A stretch of DNA of 64,000 bases from Mytilus trossulus (taxonomy: Eukaryota), in NCBI RefSeq assembly GCF_036588685.1, contig NC_086378.1, forward strand, positions 43,152,001-43,216,000, in the 5' to 3' direction. The translations under genes and the position numbers were made by a program. Shown in pieces: positions 38,405-50,151 of this stretch (positions within the stretch are counted from its first letter, which is position 1; each line of letters opens with the position of its first letter). Below the pieces are notes generated by a model, which was not told where the DNA came from, searched no databases, and was given only the letters and a program-made list of their open reading frames with translations.

Positions 38405-38448
38405 ACACCAGATCCGGATTTCGACAATAAATGTCTCTTCAGTGTTGT
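38405..38448 (-). ncRNA. Minimal type I hammerhead ribozyme motif
   Basis: ACAACA CTGAAGA GACA tttat TGTC GAA ATCCGGAT C^TGGTGT. Confidence 0.75.
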
Positions 38449-38976
38449 TAGGGATCGAAACGGTATTTGGAAGGCCATATAAAAAGTACCCTCATTTTTA
38501 GAAAAAGTAACCTCATTTTTTTTAGATAGACTCTTGAATTTTGATAGTCAATATAGGATGAACGGATCATACAAACCGGAGGGAAAATATGATACAAGCC
38601 CAAACGAAAAAATATAAACGAGTCTAAATTGAAAACTACGTTCAAACCTATGATTGCGTTGGATAAAACCCGCAATTTTTATACATATGCATGTAAAACA
38701 AATTTCATTGTAGAAGGGTCTAAAAACAGCACAAACAAAATTTTCCAAAAGACCAAAAAAGTGAAAAAGTATATTTAAACAAAACGCATTTGACTAACAG
38801 GTCGAACAACTGATGTTCTCTAACCCTGCTGACTGCCATTGGCGATTGCCAAATAAAATTGATCACAATATGTAACAAAATGGATCTTAATATAAATTTA
38901 ATACTAAACAGAATTTTTTTTTAACTTGTGGCCACGATGTTATGCCACAAACATACGGTGTCAATATTTTTTTAGT

Positions 38977-39020
38977 ACCCCAGATCCGGATTTCGACAAT
39001 AAATGTCTCTTCAGTGATGT
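38977..39020 (-). ncRNA. Minimal type I hammerhead ribozyme motif
   Basis: ACATCA CTGAAGA GACA tttat TGTC GAA ATCCGGAT C^TGGGGT. Confidence 0.75.
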
Positions 39021-39399
39021 TAGGGATCGAAACGGTATTTGGAAGGCCATATAAAAAGTACCCTCATTTTTAGATAGACTCTTGAATTTTAAGAGTCAAT
39101 ATAGGATGAACGGATCATACAAACCGGAGGGAAAATATGATACAAGCCCAAACGAAAAAATATAAACGAGTCTAAATTGAAAACTACGTTCAAACCTATG
39201 ATTGCGTTGGATAAAAACCGCTATTTTTATACGTATGCATGTAAAAATGTAAAACAAATTTCGTTGTAGAAGGGTCTAAATACAGCACAAACAACATTTT
39301 CCAAAAGTATATATATATATTTCTCTGATTCAAGTTCCTGAGTGGATGATGAATAAATGACAGGGAAGTCAATCTCACCGTAATAATTATCATATTGTT

Positions 39400-39770
39400 T
39401 AAGAATTGAATGCTTCTTTTTGTAACTTCATCGGGGTGTAAAAGCGTTGACCGAAGTACATTTTGTATGAAGCGCGGAAGCGCTTCATTCTAAAAATGTG
39501 CCCACGGTCAACGTTTTTACAACCCTATGAAATTACAAAAAGAAGCATTCAATACTTATAATTACATTTTTTTAGCAAGGATCATGAAAACATGATTTTT
39601 TTCATTTTTTTTATTTAATTCACCTGTACACTTTATTGTGGGACCTCGTGTTATCATGAATGAAAGTTTTATTGAGTAATGCAATTGCTTAAGGAATAAC
39701 ACGTGATGTGTAGTTAGCCAATCAGAATAACGTATTATAGTGAAACATACATGTAATGTAATTATAGTCA
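39400..39770. mobile_element. Non-autonomous element with ~160-bp hairpin (39400-39558) plus CCAATCAG arm
   Basis: Arms ttgaatgcttcttt...gcgttgaccg...gaagcgc GGAA gcgcttc...cggtcaacg...aagaagcattcaa. Confidence 0.65.
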
Positions 39771-39849
39771 TATAATCATTTGTTATCATTATACTCTGGT
39801 TTGTTGTTGATATATTGATATTTGTATAACAGTTAGAATATAGCAGATG

Positions 39850-40190
39850 ATCTTATGATGAATCAATCAAATAAGGGTCATCACTCAAGAAATTTAACGG
39901 CCACCACCATGAGCTGATTTGCCATTATGACAAAAGTGTGTCAGAAATCATATCTGATATTCTTCCTCAGTCATAATAACCTTCCATCATTACCGAACTG
40001 AACTAAGAAATAACACGACGGTGCCGTAAACGGTGCAGGAAATGCTTACCTTTCCGAAGCACCTGATTTCACTCCCGGTTTTTAGTGGAGTTCGTGTTGT
40101 ATCTTATTTATTATTTATAAGTGTTGATGTAAATGTCCATTGGTTTTGTGAGTCTTTGTTTAATCCTTGGTTTTGATTGGCATTGTCTTA
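39850..40190 (+). mobile_element. Penelope-like RT C-terminal remnant and 3' UTR
   Basis: SSLKKFNGHHHELICHYDKSVSEIISDIL* followed by tgcttacctttccgaagcacc...gttcgtgttg, as in 20248-20840. Confidence 0.65.
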
Positions 40191-40688
40191 ATAAATTTAC
40201 GGGCAAATTTTCATCCATTTATACATCATTCTATTCTACTTTCTAATGATATTGCAAAGCAAGTGCTCGGCTCTTCTGTAATAAATCGTTTTTCTAACAG
40301 ATTGGATTTGAAAAAAGACTTTCATTTTTCCTGCTTTTTGTTTCAAAACGTTCTCGAGATATTCTTCAGCATGCATTACCACAAATTTTCGGTATTCATG
40401 ATTTGTTATGATATATGTATATATTTCTCAAGACAAAACATTTTCTTATCATTTATCTATGCTTTTAAGAATAATTTTTATGAATATATATTGATAAAAT
40501 TAATGTATAACAAGCGATAAGGAAAGTTATTTTGCACTCGATAATATCCGCGTAATCATACGAAATACGTTCGGTAATCAGTCAAAAACGCCAGGAAATT
40601 TCTGCGACTTCATAACACCGGTATGACCCCTAAAGGTCACATCCAATGTAAAAGTGATGATTAGGGTTGAAATCAGGATACTCCAATA

Positions 40689-43590
40689 CTTCTTCTTAGC
40701 GTTCGCCTTTACACTTGAATACCAGTCTCCTCAACCAATTTGGTGGTCTTCTGTAGGGCATCCACTGGTCCGTATAGCTTCTCTTCGAGTGGTGTTTCTG
40801 AGCGCCATATCTTATCTCTCCTGATGGATCTTGCATGACTGTAAGAGGTGTGCCGTATCCTGCTCTGCTTCTCCAATAGGACACATTGGAGATGGAACAA
40901 CTTTCATGACTTTGTGTAGATGTTAGTTGAGTCTGTTATGTCCTGTCTTCAGTCTAAATATGGTGATTTGTTCAGATCTTGTTACCTGATGCTAACTGTC
41001 TTGTTGCTGTGGAGTATTGAACAGAGATTTGATGTAAGCCTTCATCTCTAAGAAGCAGACTGGATTTTCTTCCTGGTGTTGTTCAACACCATACTTTGCT
41101 TATTTATCGGCTTGTTCATTACCCCAAACTCCACAGTGTGAAGGGATCCTCTGAATTACTGTTGTCAGACTTTTGATGTTGTATAAAGCTTGTTGGAGTT
41201 GAGGTTGCTGTACGTTCTTCAAAACTTGTAGCACAGAGAAGGCATCAGTCAGAAGTACTACTTGAATTGTGTTATCGATTTTGATTTTGATTGAGTGTGC
41301 ATCATGAGTTAGGGCTTCTTCTTCTCCAGCTTTGTAGTTCGAACAATGTAGGCCTGTTGGTATTGCCTCTGATTGTTGATCTCCATTGGGGTACTTAATG
41401 TATATACCAGCCCTTCCTTTTGTTGTGGGATTTGTGGCTGACCAATCTGTATATACTCTTACCCAGGTTGCTAAAGGATACTCTTCTTCAAGCATACTCA
41501 TTGTTGTGGTTTTCTTAATATTGCTAGTCTCATCATCTTTGGTGGTAATGAGCGGAACTGATGTCTGGATGGTGACATTTCCAAGGTTATCTTCACACGG
41601 GTTGTTATTCATTGTGAAAGCTATGGGTTCGATATATTTAGGTAGAGCTTACTGGTGTTTTCTTTGTAATGCTCTTATCTCTAATGTAAAGCTGGATCTT
41701 TTGAGTCTGCCAGATGAGAGTTATTTCAGTCTGGTATTTATTGTGTGGTCTTGTGAACATTGATATTTAGTGGCTTGTATCATGGCTTTGCACTCCCTTC
41801 TCTTACCTAATGGTGGTATGTTTGTTATATCCTCCATACTTTTTATTGGTGTTGATTTTAAAGCACCTGTGGTTATACGTAGTGCCTGAATCTGAACTTT
41901 GTCTGAAGTATAACGGTGAGACTTGGATGCAGTCATGAGCTAGATCCATATTCAAGGTGGGGTCGTGCATTTTCTTGGTAGACAGTTTTCAAGATTTTTT
42001 TCATTTGCACCCAATTTTGTTCCTGCACGTTTCCTCATGATGTTCTGTTTTCTCCTAGCCTTAGCTTCAGCTGATGTTATATGTTGCTTCTATGTCATTC
42101 TTTTCTCGAAAGGTACCCCAATGTATGTTTGTTGGTCTTACATTTTAAGTGGAGTATCGTCCAAAATCAATTTGACAGATTTGGTTTTTGGAGAGTGTGA
42201 AGAGTGTTCCGGTTGTTTTTTTCTCTGTTGATGGTAACACACCACTGCTAAGTCAAAGTGACTATCATATCTAAAGCTGTTTGAATTCTGTATTTAGCTG
42301 TAAACGCATACTCTATTGAGCACCAAAGAACAAAATCGTCTGCATAAAGTTCTGGTTGTATCCCTTTTGGAAGCTCTGGTACTAGGTTATTCATAAAGAG
42401 TATGAATAGAGTTGGTGATAATACTCTTGCTTGTTTTAAGAGTACTTTCTGTCCACATTACCCATCTACCAGCACTCTGGCTCATCTATTGTATAAGTAA
42501 GATTTGGTTCATTTGTACATTTTTCCACTTATGTCATATCTTACATTTTTGCAAGATGTTAATCTTTTCATACCTTATCAAATACTCTTTGGAGATCTAC
42601 AAAGACAGCCAATGCTCCTTTTTTTTATTGGAAGGCATCTTCTACTACCTGCGATAGATGTGTAGTCTGGTCTTCTGTGCTTTTGTATTGTCTAAAACCA
42701 GTTTATTCATGTTCAATGATGTTCTCTGACTCTAAGTACATGTACATGCACTTGTTTATTATGTGCTCCAACAATTTACACCACCTGTTGTTAGGCTTAT
42801 AGGGCGATAACTTGAGGCTTTTTATTTGTTCTTTCCTTTTTTAAGTATTTGCATCATTATTGCTTCCTTCCAGCACTGTGGGACTTGACCTTGTCTCCAG
42901 CTAAGATAAAATATGTCCAGCAAAGTATTTAGTGATGAGTTCCCTAGGTGTTGTAACATCTCATTTGTTATGTTATCTGGACCTGGTGACTTTCTTCTTT
43001 GGCTTTCTTATAGATTGTTTCCTCTCAGAAATTGTGATGTCAGTCTGCATGATCTCATGTTTTCTGTCTTTTCCTAATTTCTGTTCTTATCACTTTTTTT
43101 ACGTAAGGTTTGGATGCTGGTATTGTCGCGCTTACTATGACTGGGTCGAATATCTTGACCACATTGTTGATGTTCTTTCCTTCAGTAACTATGTCCTTTG
43201 TAAGTTCATTTGGTCTTGTTTCAAATTTTCCCCAGTTTGCCTACTTGTAATTCCATCTTGGTAATTTAGCAATAATAGTTGTTTTTTTCCTCTGATGGAT
43301 AGTATAATTGGGCGATGGTCACTCCCCCTAGCTGGTCACTTACTTTTCTATTGATATTCTGGTGTATATCGTCAGTACAAAAAGCTAGGTCTGGTGTAGT
43401 TGTTGTGTGTCAGCGGCGAAATAAGAAGGTTGGTGTATCAGTTGGATCATTGACAAGAATAAGATGGTGTTCATCTTGCCAATTTTCCCTGGTTTCTTCT
43501 CTTTTATCTATTGTGTTGTATCCCCAGCTATGAGATTAGCTGTTAATATCTCCTGCCATGAGAAAGTTACTGTCTGATATCTGTATGGAG
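40689..43590 (-). mobile_element. Degraded non-LTR retrotransposon (APE-RT-RNase H-zinc knuckle; I/Nimb/Ingi-type)
   Basis: RNase H remnant YTD.S...SNYKA.EEAL...LTDAFSVLQ...IPSHCGVWGNEQADK (41100..41612); APE remnants AGDIN and GGSDHRPI near 43300-43560; RT remnants (IQALRITTGALKSTPI); (GAA)n tail. Confidence 0.85.
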
Positions 43591-46500
43591 TATTTTCAAT
43601 TTTGGATTTTTCTGGGGATATAGGTTCATATATTCTCTATAGGTGCCCTATATCCCTTCCGTTAGGCGAGTCAGGACATGTATAATGCTGACAGGGAATA
43701 TATGAGCCCGTCTCTCGTGTGAAGATCCCAAATGACATATGATATTAATGTTTGTAACATGTTTATGCTATGTATGCCATACCACTTCTAAAACTTTCAG
43801 ATCTGGAAAGGGCAGATAATTAATAACCAGAATGTTATATTCGCAACCTTATAACATTAGTTACAATTGCTTTTCAACTTCGTATAGTGTTTGGCTTTTT
43901 ATCATTTTTGCATTCACGCGTCTATTGAAGACGAAACGCGCTTCTTGCGCAAATACACAATTTTAATACTTGTATCTTTGATGATTTTATTTATTACATC
44001 ATTTGAGCTACATGAATACATGTATCCAGTACTTGCTAGCTATATACAAATCGCTATAAGTACATTCAACTATAGAAGAAACTTCATTTACATTTGTTCA
44101 TTCATTTATTTGACGAAAATGAAATCGGACATTAACGCAATTATAATTTGAAATTGGATTAGATCTGACGTAAGAGTGAAAGGTTTCACGCTCCGAAATA
44201 AGATGAAAAAAAAAAAACTTGCTTCAATCCACCAAAATTCACTTGAATATACGAACATCGATTTTTTAAAACATATACCTTAAAGTTAATACATTGACTA
44301 ATCCCTATTATGTATGCTAACGCCGAAGCAAAAGATGTCCGCTGCATTGCGTTGAATCATCAAATTTTATTCAAATACATTTTTTCACTTATATTTTTTT
44401 TTGCCTCTCTAGAATCAAAACACTTTTTGGTCATTTCTTTGTTTTCACAATGCAAACTGGGGCTATTGTGTCGATGCCGTTAAAATTGTCCCGTGGCAAA
44501 ATAGCACATTAGCCCATGTATGACATAAATTCTTGTTATTTTAATTGACTGAGATTTTTATCTGAAATGTTTGTTTTGTAATTACATGTTTATCCCAGTT
44601 CAGAGAGGAAGATTACGAAAAATATTTCTGTAAACATGTATATTGTGCAACTGTAAAAAGCGATATTTTTCTAATTAAGAAGCTGAAACAACTCTCTATA
44701 TGAATTATTATTTGACAGTCATACAGAAGAACTGAACATTTGGGCTGAAATTGCTGAAGACAACTTAAGAATCTATATGGTTTTAATAGATGGTATAAAT
44801 GTTCTTGTTTTACTGTTAAGGTCGATAGTTGCTGAATATATGTGATGAGCTTATGTGAACGGATAACTGCGCTGCATAGGTGTTCAAATATACAGATTCG
44901 GGTTCAGATTCAATTTGTTGTACGGAGGTGCGAATTTGCAAGCGTAGATTTCCAATAACATAGTAAAAGACAATGAAAATTAACATACCGACCATAGAAT
45001 AATAAAAGAATAAATCATTTAAATGGTCTTTGAGAAAAAAAAGAACCAAGAGGTATTTTTTTCATTACGTACAAAATAGCCCATGCATATCTATCATAGA
45101 TGTTTATGCAATGTGTTTTGCAAAAGCTATTGCCAAAATATCTTACATAAATAAATCACGTAATTGTGACTTCATTCAATATGGTTGGTTTTTAATTTTT
45201 TTAGTACAAAAGGTCGTGTCTATAGTTGGGTTTAAATGTTTCAGTACAAAAGGTCGTGTCCAATTACGGTGACTGTCGGGTGTATAGTGGAGACTCGCCG
45301 CTACGGATCACTAAAGCACCTCTACCTTGTAATACATTGTTATACCGCTGTGGATCAGGATTAAATTTTTTTGTACACAAGGAAATGATATACTTATTGT
45401 TTTATTGGATTTTTTCTTTTTAATACATATGGAGTATAACAATGTTTAAAAAAAATGAAGATCAGGTAAGATTTTTACTATATAAATTAAGATAAATGAT
45501 TAAAGATGAAAATTAAATTAAAAGGAATGAAAAATGAAATGAAAGAAAGAAAAAAAATGAAATGAGAGGGGGAAAACGAAAAAAATGTGTGCCAAGGGTT
45601 TCAAAGTATAAAAAAATCAACGTTGTTGTAATTTTACGATAATGTTCTTGTAAAGTACCTATACCGCTTTTTTTTTGTTACGATGCATGTTAATAAAAAA
45701 ATAAGAATTTAATTCAAAAAAATTATAGGTAAAAATAAATAAAAAATAAATATATGACCACTGATCTTTAATATTTACGAGATTCACATGACAGGTTAAC
45801 ATTGTTTAATTGACATCTGATGCACTTTTCCTACCAAATGATTTAATTAACTAATCTTATATTAATGTTAAAAAATATGTTTCTTAATAATTAAATTATG
45901 ATTTATCAAGTCCAAGGCGTCATTCAATTAACTTTAAAGAAATTAAAACCGATGACATAACAGTTGACACCTCCAGAGCAAACAATGACAATTCCTAGCA
46001 TGCTATATAAAAGTTTAAATCGTTATTTTATTTTAATTATGTGGACATAGTCTGAAAATCTTGACCTATTTTAAAAACACGCCAATCAGACAAAATCCAG
46101 ACAAAGGTTAGTTTTAAAATTATATATCTTAAAATATTTTTTCATCATTTTTCTAATAACAAATTTCAAATTCTAGTGATATTTTCCGATATATTTTTTG
46201 ATAAATAGTTTTTCACTTCTGAAAAAAAATGGCAATGCTATCAAGTTGCAGCGTAGACATTTTTGTGTCCACCAATGAAAACGGAGGAACAAGTATGGTA
46301 GCCATTATTTGAGGAAATCAAAGGTTTGGAAACATGTTTATTAAGAAAGCTTTATCTTTTAAAATATACGTTTTACAATATTTAAAAAAAATCATGTTCA
46401 ACGTTGTCTTTAGAAATGGTATATTTATACAAAAACTAATCAGGACGAAAGAAAACTTCTTATGTTTTCATCTGCATATACCTTGCAAGAGAAGAATGCC

Positions 46501-48490
46501 TTAAGTGCTGCTTATGTTAACGGTTAGAAGTAATGCGGCAAAATATTATCCAAACGAAAGAATTACCTATAGTTTGTAAATAATAAGCGTAAACTTGTTT
46601 TAATTGTTAAAGTAAAAACCAAAAACTCATGATTAGAAAATTTTCATATTTTGTTCAATCGTAGTAAATATGCCGCTCGAGAAAACAATTTCAATTTGTG
46701 AGGAAAAAGTAACACTTACACATATTCTCCGTTTATGCATTTAGAAATGATTAAAACGAGAGTAAGGTTGTAACTCCCCCTGGAAAGGTTGACGTTAGCT
46801 GGACCTTAGTGGTAGTTTTCGGTCATAACTAAGGCGATCTCCAAAACTTAGTATTCAATTATTTATCCTTCCTTTGCTCTAAATATGTGTTGCTTTTGAA
46901 TAAACGTTCCTGATGAAGTCAAATTCAGGAACCATTTTGAACTTACAAAATTTATAAAGTGTATATTCACTTTTCATTATGTTCTCAATAGATTTTTTTC
47001 TTACTAAAAGTTTGTCTTAATCCCCCCCTTTTTTCTCATACGCATATTGTTTACCCTTCCTCTTGTTTCTCATACTTATATCGTTGAAGTGAGTTACCAA
47101 TGGTTGACTTTTTTTAATTTAAGTTTTTTTTTCAAAATGCATAATGACAACATCTTGCACATGGTATGACTTTTGTAATAACAAGGGGATTACACTAACA
47201 ACAAAGAAACATATTAAATATCGAGTAAATGGCGAAATAAATATATCCCAGACCATTTGAATAAGTAGTCTTTTACTTGAAAGGGCTTTCACCTTTTATA
47301 ACAATAAGATATTTAGCAATAACATTGTTTACATTACATAACCATTTCAGACATGTTATGTGGCAAACGGACTAGAAAATCCTTTCCTAATTGCTTTATA
47401 AAGTAGCAATGATATTTCGATCAAACTTGTATTGCTCCGTGCATTTATTACAATTTTACCATGAATGATTTTTTTATCATGCTTCAAATCTAAATTTGTT
47501 AGTTGAACATGTTGTTTTACTGATTGGGACTGATATCTTTGAGCAAATCAATTTGATCTTGGTCAAGTTGGAGGCCACCATGTCCTACGTGCGAATGGTC
47601 AGTAATTTTACGCTGTTTGGTTTTAACGACCTTGTGAATACAAACGATACAAAAGAGATATTGATCTTATAGGCTATTCAAAGTGTTATTTAAGTATGTA
47701 AATAAATTAGTTACAAACATTCGAAGGTCATTTGGCAAATAAGCATTGTATTAATTTTAAAATTTTGAAAACGTATTTACAACTGTATCATTTAGTTCAT
47801 CATTCGAAAAAATGTTATGAAATTAATCCCTAATTCGAGTTTAAATGTCAATATTATCTGAGACTACTATGTGTTATAGTAGTCTCAGATATTAACAATA
47901 TAAATAAAAGCTATAAAGGGATCAATTTAAATCACAAATGACATTATATGACATATAAAGACCTATAACAAAATAACAGAGAGACACAGTGAACTTGCAA
48001 TTATCTCTTTTAAGAAAACTCATATAAGCATACGAGCGAATGCATATACGTTTTCGTTTTTCTTCTTCACACATGAGAAACAAACTAATTATCAAGTTGA
48101 AAAGAAAAATTAGTCATCACCTTCAAAGAATATTCAATTCAGTATTTTATTGGAAAGAGCAGAATAGAGGCGTGATCCAAATACAAGCAATAATAATATT
48201 AAAACAACATATAAATAAGATATAGATGCATATATATTGATATCATTTGTATCTTTTTTAAGTGATAAAAGAAATTCGAAAAAGTCCTGAATGCGGCAGT
48301 TTATTTATCGAAATTATAAACTAATTGGATAGAAATCGTCGGTAGTTTATAAGATGATTTTATATGTGTAGACCTCTAGACCTCTTTTTTGTTGTGTTGT
48401 TTGGTTGGTTGGTGCCTTTTTGAAACATATTACACATCTTTCTTATATTCATACTCAGAAGTCATAAAGTGTTGAAAGTTGGTCTTACAA

Positions 48491-49168
48491 TGGTCACAAC
48501 TAAATGTGGTAGTGCACACACATGTGTTTTTGTGGTCACAACTAAATGTGACTGTCGTATAGTAGTGCACACACATGTGTTTCTGTGGTCACAACTAAAT
48601 GTGACTGTCGTATAGTAGTGCACACACATGTGTTTCTGTGGTCACAACTAAATGTGACTGTCGTATAGTAGTGCACATACATGTGTTTCTGTGGTCACAA
48701 CTAAATGGGACTGTCGTATAGTAGTGCACACACATGTGTTTCTGTGGTCACAACTAAATGTGACTGTCGTATAGTAGTGCACACACATGTGTTTCTCTGG
48801 TCACAACTAAATGTGACTGTCGTATAGTAGTGCACACACATGTGTTTCTGTGGTCACAACTAAATGTGACTGTCGTATAGTAGTGCACATACATGTGTTT
48901 CTGTGGTCACAACTAAATGGGACTGTCGTATAGTAGTGCACACACATGTGTTTCTGTGGTCACAACTAAATGTGACTGTCGTATAGTAGTGCACACACAT
49001 GTGTATCTGTGGTCACAACTAAGTGTGACTGTCGTATAGTAGTGCACACACATGTGTTTCTCTGGTCACAACTAAATGTGACTGTCGTATAGTAGTGCAC
49101 ACACATGTGTTTCTGTGGTCACAACTAAATGTGACTGTCGTATAGTAGTGCACACACATGTGTTTCTG
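48491..49168. repeat. 53-bp minisatellite, 12 full units plus one deleted unit
   Basis: Unit tggtcacaactaaatgtgactgtcgtatagtagtgcacacacatgtgtttctg, starting at 48533 with period 53. Confidence 0.97.
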
Positions 49169-49257
49169 TCTGTGTTTAAAAAAAAACAACTATTTTATTC
49201 AAATCTGAATCCGTTAGTTCAACACGTTGTTTTACTGATTGGGACTGATCTTTGAAC

Positions 49258-50151
49258 GGGCGTATTGCATTTCCGCTAATTTTTCAAAGTCCCAATACTA
49301 CGTTTCCGCAAATTCAAAATATACGTTTCCGCAATTTGTATTTATTACTTTTCCGCAAATTTACCTGGTAAATTATAAAGATTTGAATGAACATATATGA
49401 TAAATTATATTTTTTTTCTTTTTAATAAGAAAATGTTCTGATTTCAGTATAGCTACAATTTACTAGATAAAACTACTGACTCGGGTAAGGATGAGTTAAA
49501 CTTCATTGAGAAATCTTTGGTTTCGCTTACTTGCCAACTGACATGATTGATGAATGCTTTGTTGAATTAATTGCCGATGCTCCATCTGACGATAAATGCA
49601 TGCGGTCTGCCGATTACATATTGGAATTTTATATAGATGGCAATTGAGATTTCCACCAACCATTTGGGCATCACCCCTGACCCCGAGGAAAAAAGATGAG
49701 AACTCTAACTGTTAAAGCACCCGTTCGGAAATATGAAAAGGAGAAGATGGACTTCCTTCCTGAACAAAATACAAAATTTGTAAACGATGAATGTGCTACT
49801 ATGGACTCTGTACGACGTGTTGGCTACAAATATTCTGCCAGAACTGACTTATGAACTCATATCAAGATATTTTTGAACATACGTTTTCATAAATTTTAAT
49901 GATGTATTTTACTTACATGTTATGATGACCTTTAACTTAATACATATTTATTTTGTATTATAGCTTTGCTTTCGATCAATAGGTATTCCTTAAATATTCG
50001 TGGGAAAGTAATAATTTATTTTTTCCGAAATAGTTACATTTTTGGCGGAAAAGTAAGATATTTATTTGCGGAAACGTAAACTTTTTTTTTCGGAAACGTC
50101 ATCTTTTTTTCGCGGAAAAGTAATGCCAATTTGCGGAAACGTAAAACGCCG
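49258..50151 (+). mobile_element. Mutator-like (MULE) deletion derivative with 8-bp TSD
   Basis: Imperfect TIR (G/C)GGCGT.TT.C.TTTCCGC; subterminal TTTCCGC repeats; TSD CTTTGAAC at 49250-49257 and 50152-50159; internal remnant FGFAYLPTDMIDECFVELIADAPSDDKCMRSADYILEFYID...FPPTIWA resembles a MULE transposase C-terminus. Confidence 0.75.

Larger units (their letters stand above)
38046..39306 (-). repeat. Tandem array (~2.3 units; 572 and 548 bp) with one hammerhead per unit (retrozyme-like)
   Basis: acgagtctaaattgaaaactacgttc starts at 38046, 38618 and 39166; unit 1 carries a 24-bp internal duplication (38502-38525). Confidence 0.9.

Noticed and set aside
37906-39393. Repeated small ORFs (37906, 38448, 38548, 39196)
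   Set aside because: Incidental frames across a tandem repeat; not conserved between units
41100-41612. Cellular RNase H gene
   Set aside because: Embedded among frameshifted APE and RT remnants of a LINE; the catalytic DG motif is altered
48491-49168. CRISPR-like array of palindromic repeats
   Set aside because: Units are contiguous and near-identical with no unique spacers; eukaryotic context and no cas genes
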